From NCBI GenBank assembly GCA_951406725.2, contig OX597820.1, positions 24,676,001 through 24,740,000 of the forward strand: 64,000 nt of DNA, written 5' to 3'. The stretch is from Octopus vulgaris (Eukaryota). This document shows positions 26,634 through 40,600 of this stretch, piece after piece. Made by a program: the position numbers and the translations under genes. The notes beneath the pieces are model-generated. The model saw nothing but the letters and a program-made list of their open reading frames with translations. It had not been told where the DNA came from and searched no databases. Within the stretch, counting starts at the first letter, position 1; each line of letters opens with the position of its first letter.

Positions 26634-26915
26634 AGGCGCAATGGCCCAATAGTTAGGGCTGCGGACTCGCGGTCTTAGGATCGCGGTTTCGATTCCCAGA
26701 CCGGGCGTTGTGAGTGTTTATTGAGCGAAAACACCTAAAAGCTCCACGACGCTCCGGCAGGGGGTGTCGATACCTGCTGTACCCTTTCACCACTCTTTCT
26801 CTTGGCCTGCTTACTTAGCCAGCGGGGTGGCGTCATTCGAAGGTTAAACGTGATGTGTAGCGACATCTACAGCGATGTGTAGCAACATCTGATAGTCTGG
26901 TCGGTCTCGTGGTGG
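26632..26915 (+). mobile_element. SINE family B with alternative 3' tail
   Basis: Head as at 12539; tail GATAGTCTGGTCGGTC is also seen inverted at ~60250-60285. Confidence 0.8.
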
Positions 26916-27504
26916 TATATATATATAAAACATACATATCGGCATGTATGTATTTTGCATGCATGAATATATGTATGTATGAACGTGTGCATATTTGTAT
27001 GTATATATGTGTGTGTATATACATACATACATACACACACATACATAGACTTGACACTAGCTTCACTTTAATTTAAGCATCAAATCTATTACAAAAGATG
27101 AAATGCACAAAAAAAAATAAATAATAATAATTTCAGAAGACGAATCAAAACCAAAGCTTAGGGATTACGGCATTGTAATTTAAAATATAGGAACCAGAAA
27201 TCACAAGAATTAACAGCGTTTAGTATTAATTCAATTAACGAACTAATCTAATATGTGTAGAAGAGAAATGTCAGGAAGTAAAATAGCGGTAACTTTTATA
27301 CTGCTTTAGATACCTTAAAATATATTAGTTTCGTTTTTAGTTGCCCTAATGTAATATGAGATTTGTTGAAATACTATTGAGATACTATTTTTGTGCGTAC
27401 GCATGCACTGGCGTGCACATTTACAGGTAGATGCATATAGAGAAGCAGAAAGAAGATGGGAAGACAGATATAAAGTGATAGTTATAAGCGCTTATAAATG
27501 GGTT

Positions 27505-27569
<65 letters not shown>

Positions 27570-27671
27570 TATATATATGTATATGAATATATATAAAATG
27601 ACCGCAAAAAGTGGAAAACAACTGTTGAAGCCCTATGCTCCACAAGGGGCAAAAAGGATTAAGAAGAAGAA

Positions 27672-27715
<44 letters not shown>

Positions 27716-27946
27716 TTTTATTTGTTTAAGTCATTTGACTGTGGCGATGGTGGAGCACCGCTCTATAGTCGAACACATCGACGACCACAGAATTTATTCT
27801 TTATAAGACTGGTACTTACTCTATCGGTGTCTTTTGCCGAACCGCTAGATAATGTGGACGCAAACACACCAGTATCGGTTGTAAAGCGATGTTAGGTGGG
27901 GACAAACACAGAAACACAAACACACACTCCTGCACACACATATATA

Positions 27947-28009
<63 letters not shown>

Positions 28010-29020
28010 ATACACATACACACACACACATATACACACACACATATAACACGCCTTGTCTTCAAGCAATGTGTAAACATGTCACCGAATTTCTTTTGGT
28101 CAACTGGGGGACACACCCTCTCCTGATTGAACAACTACCTCGTAGACTTTGGGCCTCTCTCCGTTGAATTATGCTACAACAACATTAGATGATACTGTAT
28201 ACTTTAAATGATATTTATCTCTCACTGGAACGGAGTACATTTTTTGTTGATCTTACCTTTACGGAACAGTAAACTATATGTTCATACGTATGTATGAGAG
28301 TGTACCTCTATGTGTGTGTATGTATGTATGAGAAAGACAGTCTGTATGTATGTGTGTGTGATAAAGTGAGAGGGGGAGAGCGGGAGAATATGTATTAATC
28401 TGGGGTCTATATTTAAAAATGCCCAAAAAGTACAATATTTAGGGGATTACGAATTAAATCTCATCCTTTGATTTCCTATTTTATTCTTATCTTGTTTTCC
28501 GTACCCATTATTGTTTCATCTCTGCAGTAGATTAAACTTATCTCTATTGAAACGTTACATGTACAGAGATCAGAGACATGCTTTTAGTAATCACAGGCTT
28601 TTCTTGGTTTTAATATAGTTGTACTTTACACAGAACTATGTCAAAGGCGCCGAAACCAAGGCAATTCCGTCTTTTCTCTTTTTTTGTTTCCTTTTTAGAA
28701 GCAGTGTATCTTTTATCCGTAAGTCATTGGGCAACGGCTATGTTGGGGCAACGCCTTAATGGGTTTAATCGAGAAATTGACCCCCAGTAAATATTTTCTT
28801 AAAGTCAGGTATTTATTCTTTAGCCGCACTGCTGTTACAGGGATACAAAAAACCCGATTGTCAAGCGGATGTTTGGACAAAATAAAACACACATACATAC
28901 ACATACACACATATCTATCTATCTGTCGGTCTGTCTGTCTGTCTATACACACACACATACACACAAACACACACACAAACACACAAACACACAAACACAC
29001 ATACATACACACACACATAT

Positions 29021-29116
29021 ATATTTGGTTGTGTCTGGGGAGAGTCATTCTCTTTAATGCCTTATTATTTATTTAACACCTTCACCGGTAAAGTTACCCC
29101 AGACACAACCAAATAT
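29021..29116. repeat. Mini foldback with perfect 20-bp arms
   Basis: ATATTTGGTTGTGTCTGGGG / CCCCAGACACAACCAAATAT. Confidence 0.85.
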
Positions 29117-29229
29117 GCTTCAACACACGAACTAATATATAGAATCTTGCAAACCAAATTCCCAAATGACTGAAACAAGTAAAAGAATAAAAAAGTACAT
29201 ACAAATATATATATATATATATATATTTA

Positions 29230-29730
29230 TATTATATATAAAATCCGTTCAGTCTGTCTGTGTGTGTGTCTTCTAGTATCTCGGGCGTATTCCAACCGAT
29301 TGCGCTCAAATTTGATATGTAGATACCGACGGTATCAGGGCGTGTATAAGTCTTCAAAAAATTACAAAAATCGATTCCAGGTGAGAATGCGATCGATAAA
29401 ACCGTTTTTGTCCTGCTTTTCTTCCGTCAACCTGTACATAACTACACCTTCCATTTTTTGTCGTTTTTGTACTGCTTAAAGGCACGTTTCTTTCCTGCCA
29501 AGCTTACTATTTAAACCATGTTTGTGTTCTCCCAGTCAACAGCGTTATCATTTCTGGTACTTTAAACTCTTCTGTTGCATATTTGTGTGAATAAACTGGT
29601 TTTTCTTTGGAATAGAAAAAGTCTATCTTTATTTCTTCTTTTGCTGGTGTCTCAAATTTAGGTTAAATCAGTGTTTCTCAAATGGGAAGCCTATGGGACG
29701 GTCGGACAAGTTGTTTTGAGAAAATTGGAC
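29230..29730 (+). mobile_element. Helitron-like non-autonomous element, 5' part (second copy 40090-40600)
   Basis: TATATAAAATCCGTTC-(TCTG/TG)n..CCGATTGCGCTCAAATTTGATATGTAG is shared with the 40090 copy; typical Helitron 5' layout. Confidence 0.6.
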
Positions 29731-29746
29731 GGGGGACGTTTTGCTC

Positions 29747-29790
<44 letters not shown>

Positions 29791-30435
29791 GATATTAGGT
29801 TTACGCTAAAGAAAATTAGAAATCATTTATATTTCGACCATGTACACTTCTACAGAAAGAATAGACGAAGAGATAAAAAAAACATTGAGCGAGAAAAGTG
29901 CAAAAGTGTCTCAATTACACGGTTACCGCATGGCGAAATGACCGAGGCCGCTAGAGGTATGAATGGCAAGGGAGACAATTGTGAATTTGACTCGAAGCAT
30001 GGCTGAAAAGTAAAAAAAGAGAGGATCAACTAAATCAGATCAAGGTAATTCAGGAGCGAAGTACACAACGTATCTAGGCGATTCAGGTTGATTTAACTAC
30101 TGAAATCAGTGCTCAATGCAACGTTAAAAGAGTTGTTAATTGATATCAGCCATCTTGCAAATCGAAGCATGTCTCAGAGGAATATTTTATGCATTTGGTA
30201 CATTTGACGCGGTGTAATTAAAAGACAGGCTTGCATAATGTTAAATGATGATGCATAATGAAAAGTTATAAAATGTGCATTTGCTTAATGCTAAGTTTTA
30301 TAATGTACACTTCGCTACGGAAACATCCATAGTAATATCCATGATATTCCAGAAGTCTGGGTGGCTTGCAAATCTATAGAAAATCAATTGGTTTTGTATC
30401 GTATGTATGATACCCGTTCATTTTATCCTCATTAG

Positions 30436-30486
<51 letters not shown>

Positions 30487-30634
30487 ATACCTACCTACTT
30501 ATTTATCTATCTATCTACTTATCTATCTGTCTGTCTGTCTGTCTATCTATCTATCCGTCTTTCTGTTTATCAGTCTGTCTGTGTATCTATCTGTCTATCT
30601 GCCTGTTTGTATGTCTGTCAGTCTGTCTGTCAGC

Positions 30635-30672
<38 letters not shown>

Positions 30673-31618
30673 GTGTGTGTGTGCGTGATTCAAACACACA
30701 TCTCGTGTGTGCATGCGTATATTCGTGTGTGTGTGTGTGCATGTATGCGTGCGTGCGTGTGTGCAAGTGAGTGTGTGTGCATGTGTGTGTGTGTGGGGGG
30801 GTGTCTTACAACACATAAAGTACAATTAAACATAAAAGTAACTAAAATGAAGTGGTGAAATGAATAGAAATAACAAAGAGGAAATGGGGAAGGCAAAAAA
30901 AAAGAAAAAGAAAAAGAAAAGATCTACCCCCAAATCCTACCAAATAATACGTGCTGACGTAATCTTATTAAAAGAGTACATTTCCCGGTAATTAACCTTG
31001 TAGCATTAGCAGAAGCTTGAAAGAATTATCTCCCCATTGAAGCGAATTACCGCTCAAGCGATTCTAAGCATTGAAATATGTAGACGAATAAACACAAAAG
31101 GGAATAAAAGAAATGCGTTCAACAGAATGATTGACAACACATCTTTCCTTCCTTTTCTCTTTCTTTTCTCTTTCGTTTCTTATTTTCTTCTTTCTTAAAT
31201 TTTCCCTTTTTTCTTATTTCTTTGTTTCTTTAATCTCATCAATTATTTCGTTCTTTGCTCTTCTTCATCTTCTCTGCTCTTCAAATTATTTCCTTACAAT
31301 ACAAAAGCAATTGATTTTCTATAGATTTGCACGCCACCCAGCCTTCTGGAATATTACGCTCCAGTGAATCTACATAATAACTTCATCCTCTCTCTCTTAA
31401 TACGTCTCAATAACTTAATCCACTTGACCACGCTAAAGCAACGGCTCTTCTCTAAATAGTATTATTCCAGAAGCACACACACACACACACACGAGCATAC
31501 ACATCTCTGTTAACATAAATCCATGCATATAGAGAATGAGACATAAATCTGAATAACATTAACGAGACTCACACATGCACACACATACACACACACACAC
31601 GCACAGACACACACACAC

Positions 31619-32058
31619 GAACATATGCAGGAATATATAAAGTCTCACGCACACATATACAATCTCACGGTCGAACACGTACACGAGCATATACAGGTGC
31701 ACACATGCAGACATACAAATATACATTCGAGCATACACACACATACACACACACACATACTCACACACACACACATGAACATATGCACGAATATATGAAG
31801 GCTCACGTGCACATATATAATCTCACGCTCGAACACGTACACGAGCATATACAGGTGCACACATGTAGACATACAAATATACATTCGAGCATACACACAC
31901 ATACACATACACACATACTCACACACACACACACACACACATGAACATATGCACGAATATATGAAGGCTCACGTGCACATATATAATCTCACGCTCGAAC
32001 ACGTACACGAGCATATACAGGTACACACATGTAGACATAAAAATATACATTCGAGCAT

Positions 32059-32090
<32 letters not shown>

Positions 32091-32250
32091 ACACACACAC
32101 ACACACACAGACACACACACGAACATATGCAGGAATATATATAGGCTCACGTACACATATACAATCTCACGCTCGAACACGTACACGAGCATATACAGCT
32201 ACCCACATGTAGACATACAAATATACATTCGAGCATACTCACACACACAC
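31619..32250. repeat. Minisatellite, four ~160-180-bp units with variable (CA)n spacers
   Basis: Units start GAACATATGCA at ~31619, 31777, 31943 and 32121. Confidence 0.9.
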
Positions 32251-33056
32251 ACACACACACTCACAAACATACACACATACTGATATCTGTTAATATAAAT
32301 ACATATATATAGAGAGAGACATACAAACCTCAGTATAACACGAACCTACATACAGACACATACACACACATGTAGATGCACAGGTATTACGCACACTAAC
32401 ACATACTAACACACGCACAGCTCTATATGACTTGGTGTATGCTTGGCTTTGTAAGAATGATTATTTTTAAGTAATTTTTTTTTTTTACTTCAGACACTAA
32501 ACTACTTGTAGAACAAACATTGAATCGTGGTCGGCGAAGGGGAAAAGGTCACAAAAACAAAAGGAAAACTGGGGGAAAAAATCACAAAAAACTAAAAAAA
32601 TAACCTGTTTGTTTATTATGTGTGTGTGTGTTTAAGATATTGTTTTATTTAAGATATTGTATAAATTTGGTATTTTTTTCTATACACGTGTAATGACATT
32701 ATATAAATTGTATTTTCATAGTGTTCAAGTCAGGTTTTGTGAGTTAATTGAACGACTTAAAGTATTTGTTTAATTACTTTAGCGCTTAAGGCAGCGCACT
32801 GCCAGAACCGTTAGCGCGTCGGAGAAAACGCTTGGCTGTATTATGTTCAACGTCGCCTCTTATCTCTTTCGGGGGTCGATAAAGTACCACCTAAGTTCTG
32901 GCATCGATTGTGTCCTTCTGCTAAAATTAGACATAGTAATTACATTAAAACATATTAATTAATGGTATATAAAAAAAATGTGAATCGTTTTTTTTTCATT
33001 TTTTCTTGCGTGATTCTTTACTGTGAATTTTTTTCCTGTGACTGTTTTATAATTCT

Positions 33057-33410
33057 TAGCGGTATTTCATCCGTCTTAACGTTCTGAGTTCAAATTTCAC
33101 CGAGGTTGACTTTGCCTTTCATCCTTTCGGGGTTGATTAAATAAGTACCAGTCACGCACTGGGGTCGATATAATCGACTAAATCCGTTTGTCTGTCCTTG
33201 TTTGTCCTCTCTGTGTTTATCCCCTTGTGGGTAGTAAAGAAATAGGTATTTCATCCGTCTTAACTTTCTGAGTTCAAATTCCGCCGAGATCGAATTTGCC
33301 TTTCTCCATTTCGGGGTCGATAAAGTAAGTACCAGTTGAGCACTGGGTCAATGTAATTGACTAACCCCTCCCCCAAATTTGCTGGCCTTGTACCAAAATT
33401 TGAAACCAAA
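33057..33410 (+). mobile_element. SINE family A dimer (tail2 + tail1)
   Basis: Junction AAAGAAATA|GGTATTTC at ~33236-33252. Confidence 0.85.
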
Positions 33411-34114
33411 ACTGTAAACGGCAAATTTTGGCGCTAGGCCATTCAATAATGAGGATTTAATCAATAACACCAACTCCAGTATATTACTGATACTTTATTT
33501 TATCGACACCGAAAGGACAAACAAAAAAGCCAGCCACGGCATGATTTAAACTCAGAGCGTAATGAACCAAAAGAAATGCCACTAAGCATTTTGCCTGACG
33601 CACTAACAATTCTGCCCGTTCTTCGCTTTAAATAGTGCTTTCAGTTATTAGGGGAAATAGTGTTTAGGTAGGTCCGTAGTGTTAGCTGAATTTCGGGAAG
33701 CATGGGAGTTTTGAGGAATACAGTGTCCTGTTAGCTAACAATCAGCACAGGTCATTTATTCTATGCTTCAACAAATATGAATGTAAAATTATGAACTGCT
33801 TTCTTTTCTTTTCTAATTCTATGGCTGCTCTCGGAAATACTGGTATTTAAGTTTTTTAAGTCTAATCGGTTGCAGCTGAGTGGACAGGAACAACGTGCAG
33901 ATGTAGTCCTTTGCTCAAGAACACAACGCACCGCTCGGACCGATAATCGAAACCACAATCTCTAGATCGTGAGTACAACACCATAACCACTAAGCTATCA
34001 GAGTTGGTTAAAATAAGGTATCAGTCAAGTACGCGGGATCAAATTAATCGACCAAACTCTCTCCTTAACATCTGTGACTTTTTATCTAAGCTCAATGACT
34101 CTATTTTGTACCTT

Positions 34115-34500
34115 GGAGGCGCAATGGCCCAGTGGTTAGTGCAGCGGACTCGCGGTCGTAGGATCGCGGTTTCGATTCGCAGACAGGGCGTTGTGAATGT
34201 TCATTGAGCGAAAACACCTAAAGCTCCACGAGGCTCTGGCAGGGGTGGTGGCGAACCCTGCTGCACCCTTTCACCACAACTCTCTTTCTCATTTTTTGTT
34301 TCTGTTGTACCTGTATTTCAAAGAGCCAGCCTTGTCACACTCTGTGACTCTGCGTCACGCTGAATCTCCCTGAGAACTACGTTAGGGGTGCACTTGTCTG
34401 TAGAGTGTCCAGCCACTTGCGCGTTAATTTCACGAGCAGGCTATTCGGTTGATGGGATCAACTGGAACCGTCGGAGTCGCAACCGACGGAGGGCCACGAG
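34115..34500 (+). mobile_element. SINE family B, full length
   Basis: Matches 12539-12893. Confidence 0.85.
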
Positions 34501-34800
34501 TATTTTCTACCATTTGTTCATGAGATTATACAGCATTCATGAACTTTCTCTCTTTCAAAGACAAAGTGGTATCAATGAATGAAAATAATATTTATATAGT
34601 CATTTATTGAGATTTTATTATGATATTTTATCTTTACATTATTAATTTGTTGTCTGTGACCTTCTCGATTGGAATCGGTAATTTTTTCTACAAGTGGTTT
34701 AGTGTCTAAAGAAAAAAAAATCATTTTATAGGAATTGAAATATTCTATAAAGAAAAGACAACAGACTCACATATAAGGCTGTATATAATTGAGTGTGTAA

Positions 34801-35215
34801 GGCGGCGAGCTGGTAGAAACGTTAGCACGCCGGGCAAAATGCGTAGCAGTATTTCGTTTGCCGTTACGTTGTGAGTTCAAATTCCGCCGATGTCGACTTT
34901 GCTTTTCATCCTTTCGGGAATCGATAAATTAAGTACCAATTACGCACTGGGGCCGATGTAATCGACTTAATCCATTTGTCTGTGCTTGTTTGTCCCCTCT
35001 GTGTTTAGCCCCTTGTGGGTAGTAAAGAAATAGGTATTTCGTCTGCCGTTCCGTTCTGAGTTCAAATTCCGCCGAGGTTGACTTTGCCTTTCATCCTTTA
35101 GGGGTCGATAAATTAAGTACCAGTTACGCACTGGGGTCGATGTAATCGACTTAATCCGTTTTTCTGTCCTTGTTTGTCCGCTCTGTGTTTGGCCCCTTAT
35201 GGGTAGTAAAGAAAT
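34801..35215 (+). mobile_element. SINE family A dimer (tail2 + tail2)
   Basis: Head GGCGGCGAGCTGG; junction at ~35024-35040. Confidence 0.85.
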
Positions 35216-35296
35216 GAGTCTTTTGTCCGTCTGTGTATCTCTCTTTTTTTCACACATGCACCGGTAAAATTTCCACTCATTTCCTTCTTTATTTTT

Positions 35297-35333
35297 CTAA
35301 AGTTTTCGTTTCGTCTTGCAAACATTTCAATAG
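35297..35333 (-). ncRNA. Candidate decayed hammerhead, U3-A8 type
   Basis: Reverse complement: CTA-TTGAAAT-GTTT(gcaagacg)AAAC-GAAAACTT-TAG. Short stems and A9 changed. Confidence 0.3.
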
Positions 35334-35871
35334 TTGTTGACTCCATCCGTTATTCAAGAGTGTAAATACTGGGTCAAAAGAAAGCCTTTTAGATAGATAA
35401 AGTTAAAGGCTGTTCATTTCTAAATTCTTATGGCTTGACAGCAGAAATAGTTTTTAAAGCACAAAAACGATAACAACGTCAAGCAAGCTTAAAATATATG
35501 CAACAACCATAACAACAGGAATAACATTGCCAGAGCAGAACAGAAGAATCAGACATATTTCGCGTTTTATTTATAGCTATACCCAAAGATTAACGGGAAG
35601 AACTTGTAGGTGTACATCTCACGTAAACAGTATCGAGCGCAATTTAATCTTAATAAAGATATAACATTTTCAAAGGAAATTATAAACGGCTTCTGTTTTA
35701 TGAATGGTAAACTGATTTTGACTTTTTTGCTAATTATATCATCAGGTGATGAACGATTGTCGGAAAGCAATTATCAGACAGGTAGCTCTTTTAAGCTGTA
35801 ACTCTTTTAATGTTGTGTGGAAAGACCACGTTGTCCTGGGTTCGGTCCTATTCCACAGCACTTTGGGAAAG

Positions 35872-36285
35872 AGGCGCAGGAGTGGCTCTGTGGTAACTAG
35901 CTTGCTAACCAACCACATGGTTCCGGGTTCACTCCTACTGCGTGGCACCTTGGGCAAGTGTCTTCTACTATAGCCTCGGGCCGACCAAAGCCTTGTGAGT
36001 GGATTTGGTAGACGGAAACTGAAAGAAGCTCGTCGTATATATGTATATATATGTATGTGTGTGTGTATGTGTTTGTGTGTCTGTGTTTGCTCCCCCCCCC
36101 CAACATCGCTTGACAACCGATGTTGGTGTGTTTACGTTCCCGTAACTTAGCGGTTCGGTAAAAGAGACCGATAGAATACGTACAAGACTTACAAAGAATA
36201 AGTCCTGGGGTTGATTTGTTCGACTTAAACCATTTAAGGTGGTGTTCCAACATGGCCGCAGTCCAGTAACTGAAATAAGTAAATG
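35872..36285 (+). mobile_element. SINE family C, full length
   Basis: GGCGCAGGAGTGGCTCTGTGG..GGGTTCACTCC..ACCTTGGGCAAGTGTCTT (CORE-like motif). Confidence 0.85.
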
Positions 36286-38566
36286 GAATGAAAGATTACT
36301 CCTCTAATAAGTAGTAACTGATGGACTGTGGTCCTGATCTTCATGTGTAGTTCACGCTATGCTGTATACTTGACTAAGAAAATTAACCGTCGGCTGATCC
36401 AGTCAACAAAGTTATAAATAGGAACCATGTGAAAGCTCGGTTTACCCCCAACTCTACACACACACACATTGTAATCAGTAGGTCGCAAACTGAGAAGGAC
36501 TAGCACCCCACCACCACCACCACAAAAATCAAAATAATAGTGAAAAAGATTTTGCATTCGACAGTACTTCATTAATCACATGACAAAAATAGCTTTCGCA
36601 TTCATATAAATCTCCGTATATTTCTTTGTTTTTCACTAAAATGATTTTTTTAATCTTTCTAAAGTTTAGAAAGTAGGATGCCATCTAAATTTTATCAAAC
36701 CTGGCAGTATGTCTTCCCCCACTTTTCAATCCTTACAGCCGCGAGTCCTCTTATGAGAACTACTGATATAATTCGTTCTATTTTTAAGTAGATTCTCTAC
36801 TACCAAGAGAGCCTATCACTTTTGTATATTTTCCCGTCGGGAAGAGATGAAAATAAAAATAAACAGCCACATTGATAATCATTTTTCTGTTGAATTATGT
36901 TGGTCCCTCTTAGTTTCTTTAAAAATGGCATTACACCGCTACTGTAAAGGCCTCTGATTCTCTGCTCCTCTGGGCTAGTCGGTTTCATGCTATAACAACC
37001 ACCACTCAGGCACTCATAACACACTCATCTCTCATCCTCCATCACCATTGTTCGCTCCGACCCGCAGGCCCTTAATATAACAAGAAAAGCAACAGGCTTA
37101 TTCAGTTTATTCGAACCTTTTATCTATTACTTGCCAACTACACTATATGGCAACTGTTGCTTTATCTTCTCAAATTAACCCTGTCACACCGTATTCCCAC
37201 TATAGCCGATTCTGTCCGTTAGTTTATCTGAAATCGTTACTCATTATGTCGTTACATCATTAAATGGGCCATAAAGGCCTTACACAGAGAAAAAGGAAAC
37301 TGTGGGCTGGACACAGACATAATGTTATATGAGATGAAAAGTGAAAATGAGGATTAATGGGGGGAAACAAGCAACGCCCGTCGATCGTTTGTTTCCCGAA
37401 AACATTGTTCGCTTATATATCATGCATGAGGCAGCAAACCTCTTACAACTGTTCATAATGTTTATTAATACAAAAAGGAGGCATTACGCGTCTTACTTTG
37501 TTAAACAGAATAAGGTTTCAAACCGGTCATCAATTCATAACTCTTTCAATCGTTACTCTTGAGCTATATACGCAACTATTTATCCGTTTGCTCGACAGCC
37601 CGGGTGGAGAGTAAGGTTAGACATAGGGTCTCAAGTCTGAGAGAGTTAATGTTGGTGACTTAGCAGAATTATATGGTTGTGAAAGAGAACGTTTTGTATT
37701 CTCTTTCGATTCTTTCTGTTCTAAATTCAAATTTTGCTGAAGTCACCTCACCGTTTCATCCTTCTGTAGTCCTTAGCATAAACTACCAGGGTCGTTTTAG
37801 CGTCGATACACTGGTTTTGTTTCAATTAATTTTGAAAAAAAAAAAATAATGAATAGTTTATTAAAATAATTTTGTAATTATTAAACCAGTGGAAATGGTA
37901 GGCTGACTGAACCATTTATAGGACACAGGGCAATATACTTAGCAACGTTTCGTCTGGCTATTTACATTTTGAATTCAAATAACGCTGAGGGAGACTTTGC
38001 CTATTATCTTTTCAGGGTCGATAAAATAATTACCAGTTAAGCCGTGGGGTCGATGTTATCGATTATTTCCCTCCCCAACAGAAATTCAGGCCTTATGGTT
38101 ACAGCAGGGAGAATTATTAAACCGGTGTTTCGAACATAAATTTGCATGAAATCTTGGAGTGTTTTAACTTGGATGAATTAAACATAACGTCTGTATTATA
38201 GAACTAAGGGCGATCTAAAGCGGGTTGATAAATGATCCATCAATAGTTCACATTAATGACTTTTCATCAAAATTTCATGTTAATTTAAAACTCAAGAACC
38301 GGCTTAATAATCCTTTCTACTATAGAAACAAGGTTTTCAGTGGGGGCTAGACCATAACATCGGCTCCAGTGCTTGACTGGTACTTAATTTATCGACCTCA
38401 AATGAATGAAAGACAGAGTCGGCCTTCCTCGTCGGAATTTGAGCCCAGAACGTAAAAACAGACCACATGCCACTAAATGTTTTGTTCGGCTCGGCAACGA
38501 TTCCGCTAGCTCGCCGCCTTCGACCAGCTTAATAATAGCAAAATTCAGTTCTATATTTATGTCCAC

Positions 38567-38810
38567 GGGCACATGGCGAAGTGGTTAAGAGCGCGGGCAA
38601 CTAACCCCAAGATTCCGAGTTCCATTCTCGGTAGCGACCTGAATAATAATAACAACACCAACAACAACATAGAAAAATACCTTAGGAATAAGAATCCAGG
38701 TTTGAAATTTACCCAAGACACATGAAGAAGGCTGGAGGTATATCAGCTGAAATGTTGTGTTAACAACAAACAAGATGAGGACAAATATCCGTCGAATGTA
38801 AATAATGTGA
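38567..38810 (+). mobile_element. tRNA-headed SINE-like element with a 3' hammerhead motif
   Basis: A box TGGCGAAGTGG, B box GAGTTCCATTC, (AAT/AAC)n linker, HHR at 38717-38761. A 12-bp direct repeat AATAGCAAAATT lies at 38534-38545 and 38810-38821. Confidence 0.75.
38717..38761 (+). ncRNA. Degenerate minimal type I hammerhead ribozyme
   Basis: GACAC-ATGAAGA-AGGCTG(gaggtatat)CAGCT-GAAATGTT-GTGTT. C3A and C15.2U changes relative to consensus. Confidence 0.7.
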
Positions 38811-39364
38811 ATAGCAAAATTATTTTACAGGATGTCTGTGTGCTTGAAATGCTAGCTTTACAACCACGTGATTTTAGGATCAGTTCCACTGCGTGACATC
38901 TCGAACTCGTGTCTTCTACAGTTGAATGTCTTGTAAGTGAATGTGATAAATAGAAACTGTGTGGAAGCCCATAATGCATTATCTCTGTGTGTGTCTTTTT
39001 GTTTGTATTTTTCACACCACTGCTTGACAACTGGTTTGTTTTGGTGCTAGTAACTTAGCGACAAAGGGAATCGATAGAATAAGTATCAAACATTAAAAGA
39101 AAAATAAATAAGTACTGGTCGATTTTGTCAATTTGGCTCAAGTAGCATCATTCAAGGCGGTGCTCCAGCATGGCTGCAGTCCAATAACTGAAACACGTAG
39201 AAGAATAACTGATAAAATATTTTCAAAATTAATTGAAAGATTAACTGTGTAATTTCTATAGTTTCAAAGGAACTATGGTAGAGAACAAAAAGGTTTAATC
39301 GACTGCCGATCTGTATTTGCATGAAATGATCTAGAATGGTACAAGAGTGTTTAAATCAATACTC

Positions 39365-39531
39365 CAGTGCTCCGCGATCGCTGTGCAACGAGACGATGAT
39401 AAGTGTGCCGCCGGATGGCCTGAATATAATTTTCCCCTTATACATTAGTTATATTTTTAGTTCAGGTGTGCCGCCGAATTTTGAAAAGAATTCTAGTGTG
39501 TCACAAGTGAAAGAAAGATTGCGGGGCGCTG
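39365..39531. mobile_element. hAT (Charlie-like) MITE
   Basis: Imperfect TIRs CAGTGCTCCGCGATC and GATTGCGGGGCGCTG; internal GTGTGCCGCC repeats; flanks CAATACTC and GTCTACTC (5/8 match). Confidence 0.5.
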
Positions 39532-40089
39532 GTCTACTCAACCATGGGTTTTCGCTTATAGGTGAAACACGCTGCCCTCACAAGAGGATTCTCTGTCTTA
39601 AATATCCTATGTTACATAACTCACATACATGCACATGCATACATACTCTCACATACACACATACGGATACATACTCTCACATACATATACACGCATACAT
39701 ACACTCTGAAACGGACTCCATTAAAAGAGATGATGTCAAAGAACGATAAAGAAGAAATTAGCTATTATATATTAATTTTCTTGTTATTTAATCGCAAATG
39801 TTATCTTCGGAAATAATCTTTTTTTGTGTGTGTCTAAGAATGATGATTATAATGTCTGTCATTTACATCGAAATATTAGCAATTAATTAATATATTTTTT
39901 AAATAATCCTGTAGATAATTCTCATTGCAAACATTGTATTGGCGTGTGACAGCTAGTTATGGTAAACATATGTAGAATAACCTATACTGCTAATGACAAG
40001 TGAGTGATTAATTATCTGCGGAAAGAGTGATATTAATTATGACGATAACGTAGGCGGGATAACAAAAAAGAAGCAGAAACAATCAGTTA

Positions 40090-40600
40090 TCTATTATACA
40101 AAATCCGTTCTGTGTGTGTGTGTGTGTGTGTGTCTTCTAGAATCTCGGGCATCCTCCATCCGATTGCGCTCAAATTTGATATGTAGATACCGACGGTATC
40201 AGGGCGTGTATAAGTCTTGAAAAAATTACAAAAATCAATTTCAGGTGAGAATTCGATCTACAAAGCCGTGGGAACATGCATTTGTAAAATCGTTTTTCTT
40301 GGAATAGAAAAAAGTCTATCTTTATTTTTTCTTTTGCTGGTGTCTCAAATTTAGGTTAAATCTGTGTTTCTCAAAGGGGAGGCCTATAGTCGGACAAGTT
40401 GTTTTGAGAAAATTTGGTTTTATGTTTGACAAGTCAGCACCGTCCATTGGACGGAGGTGGGGCGTTTTGCTCGTACTCTTATAAATTGAAGCTATTTGTG
40501 TTTGTAGTGTAATCGATAACGGTTTCTCTCTATATTCCGATAACAAAGGGTTCGAATCGCAACAATGGGCGGACTGCTGAGATTTTGTTCGAAATTGGTG
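40090..40600 (+). mobile_element. Helitron-like non-autonomous element, 5' part
   Basis: A|TCTATTATACAAAATCCG start; homologous to 29230-29730. Confidence 0.6.
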
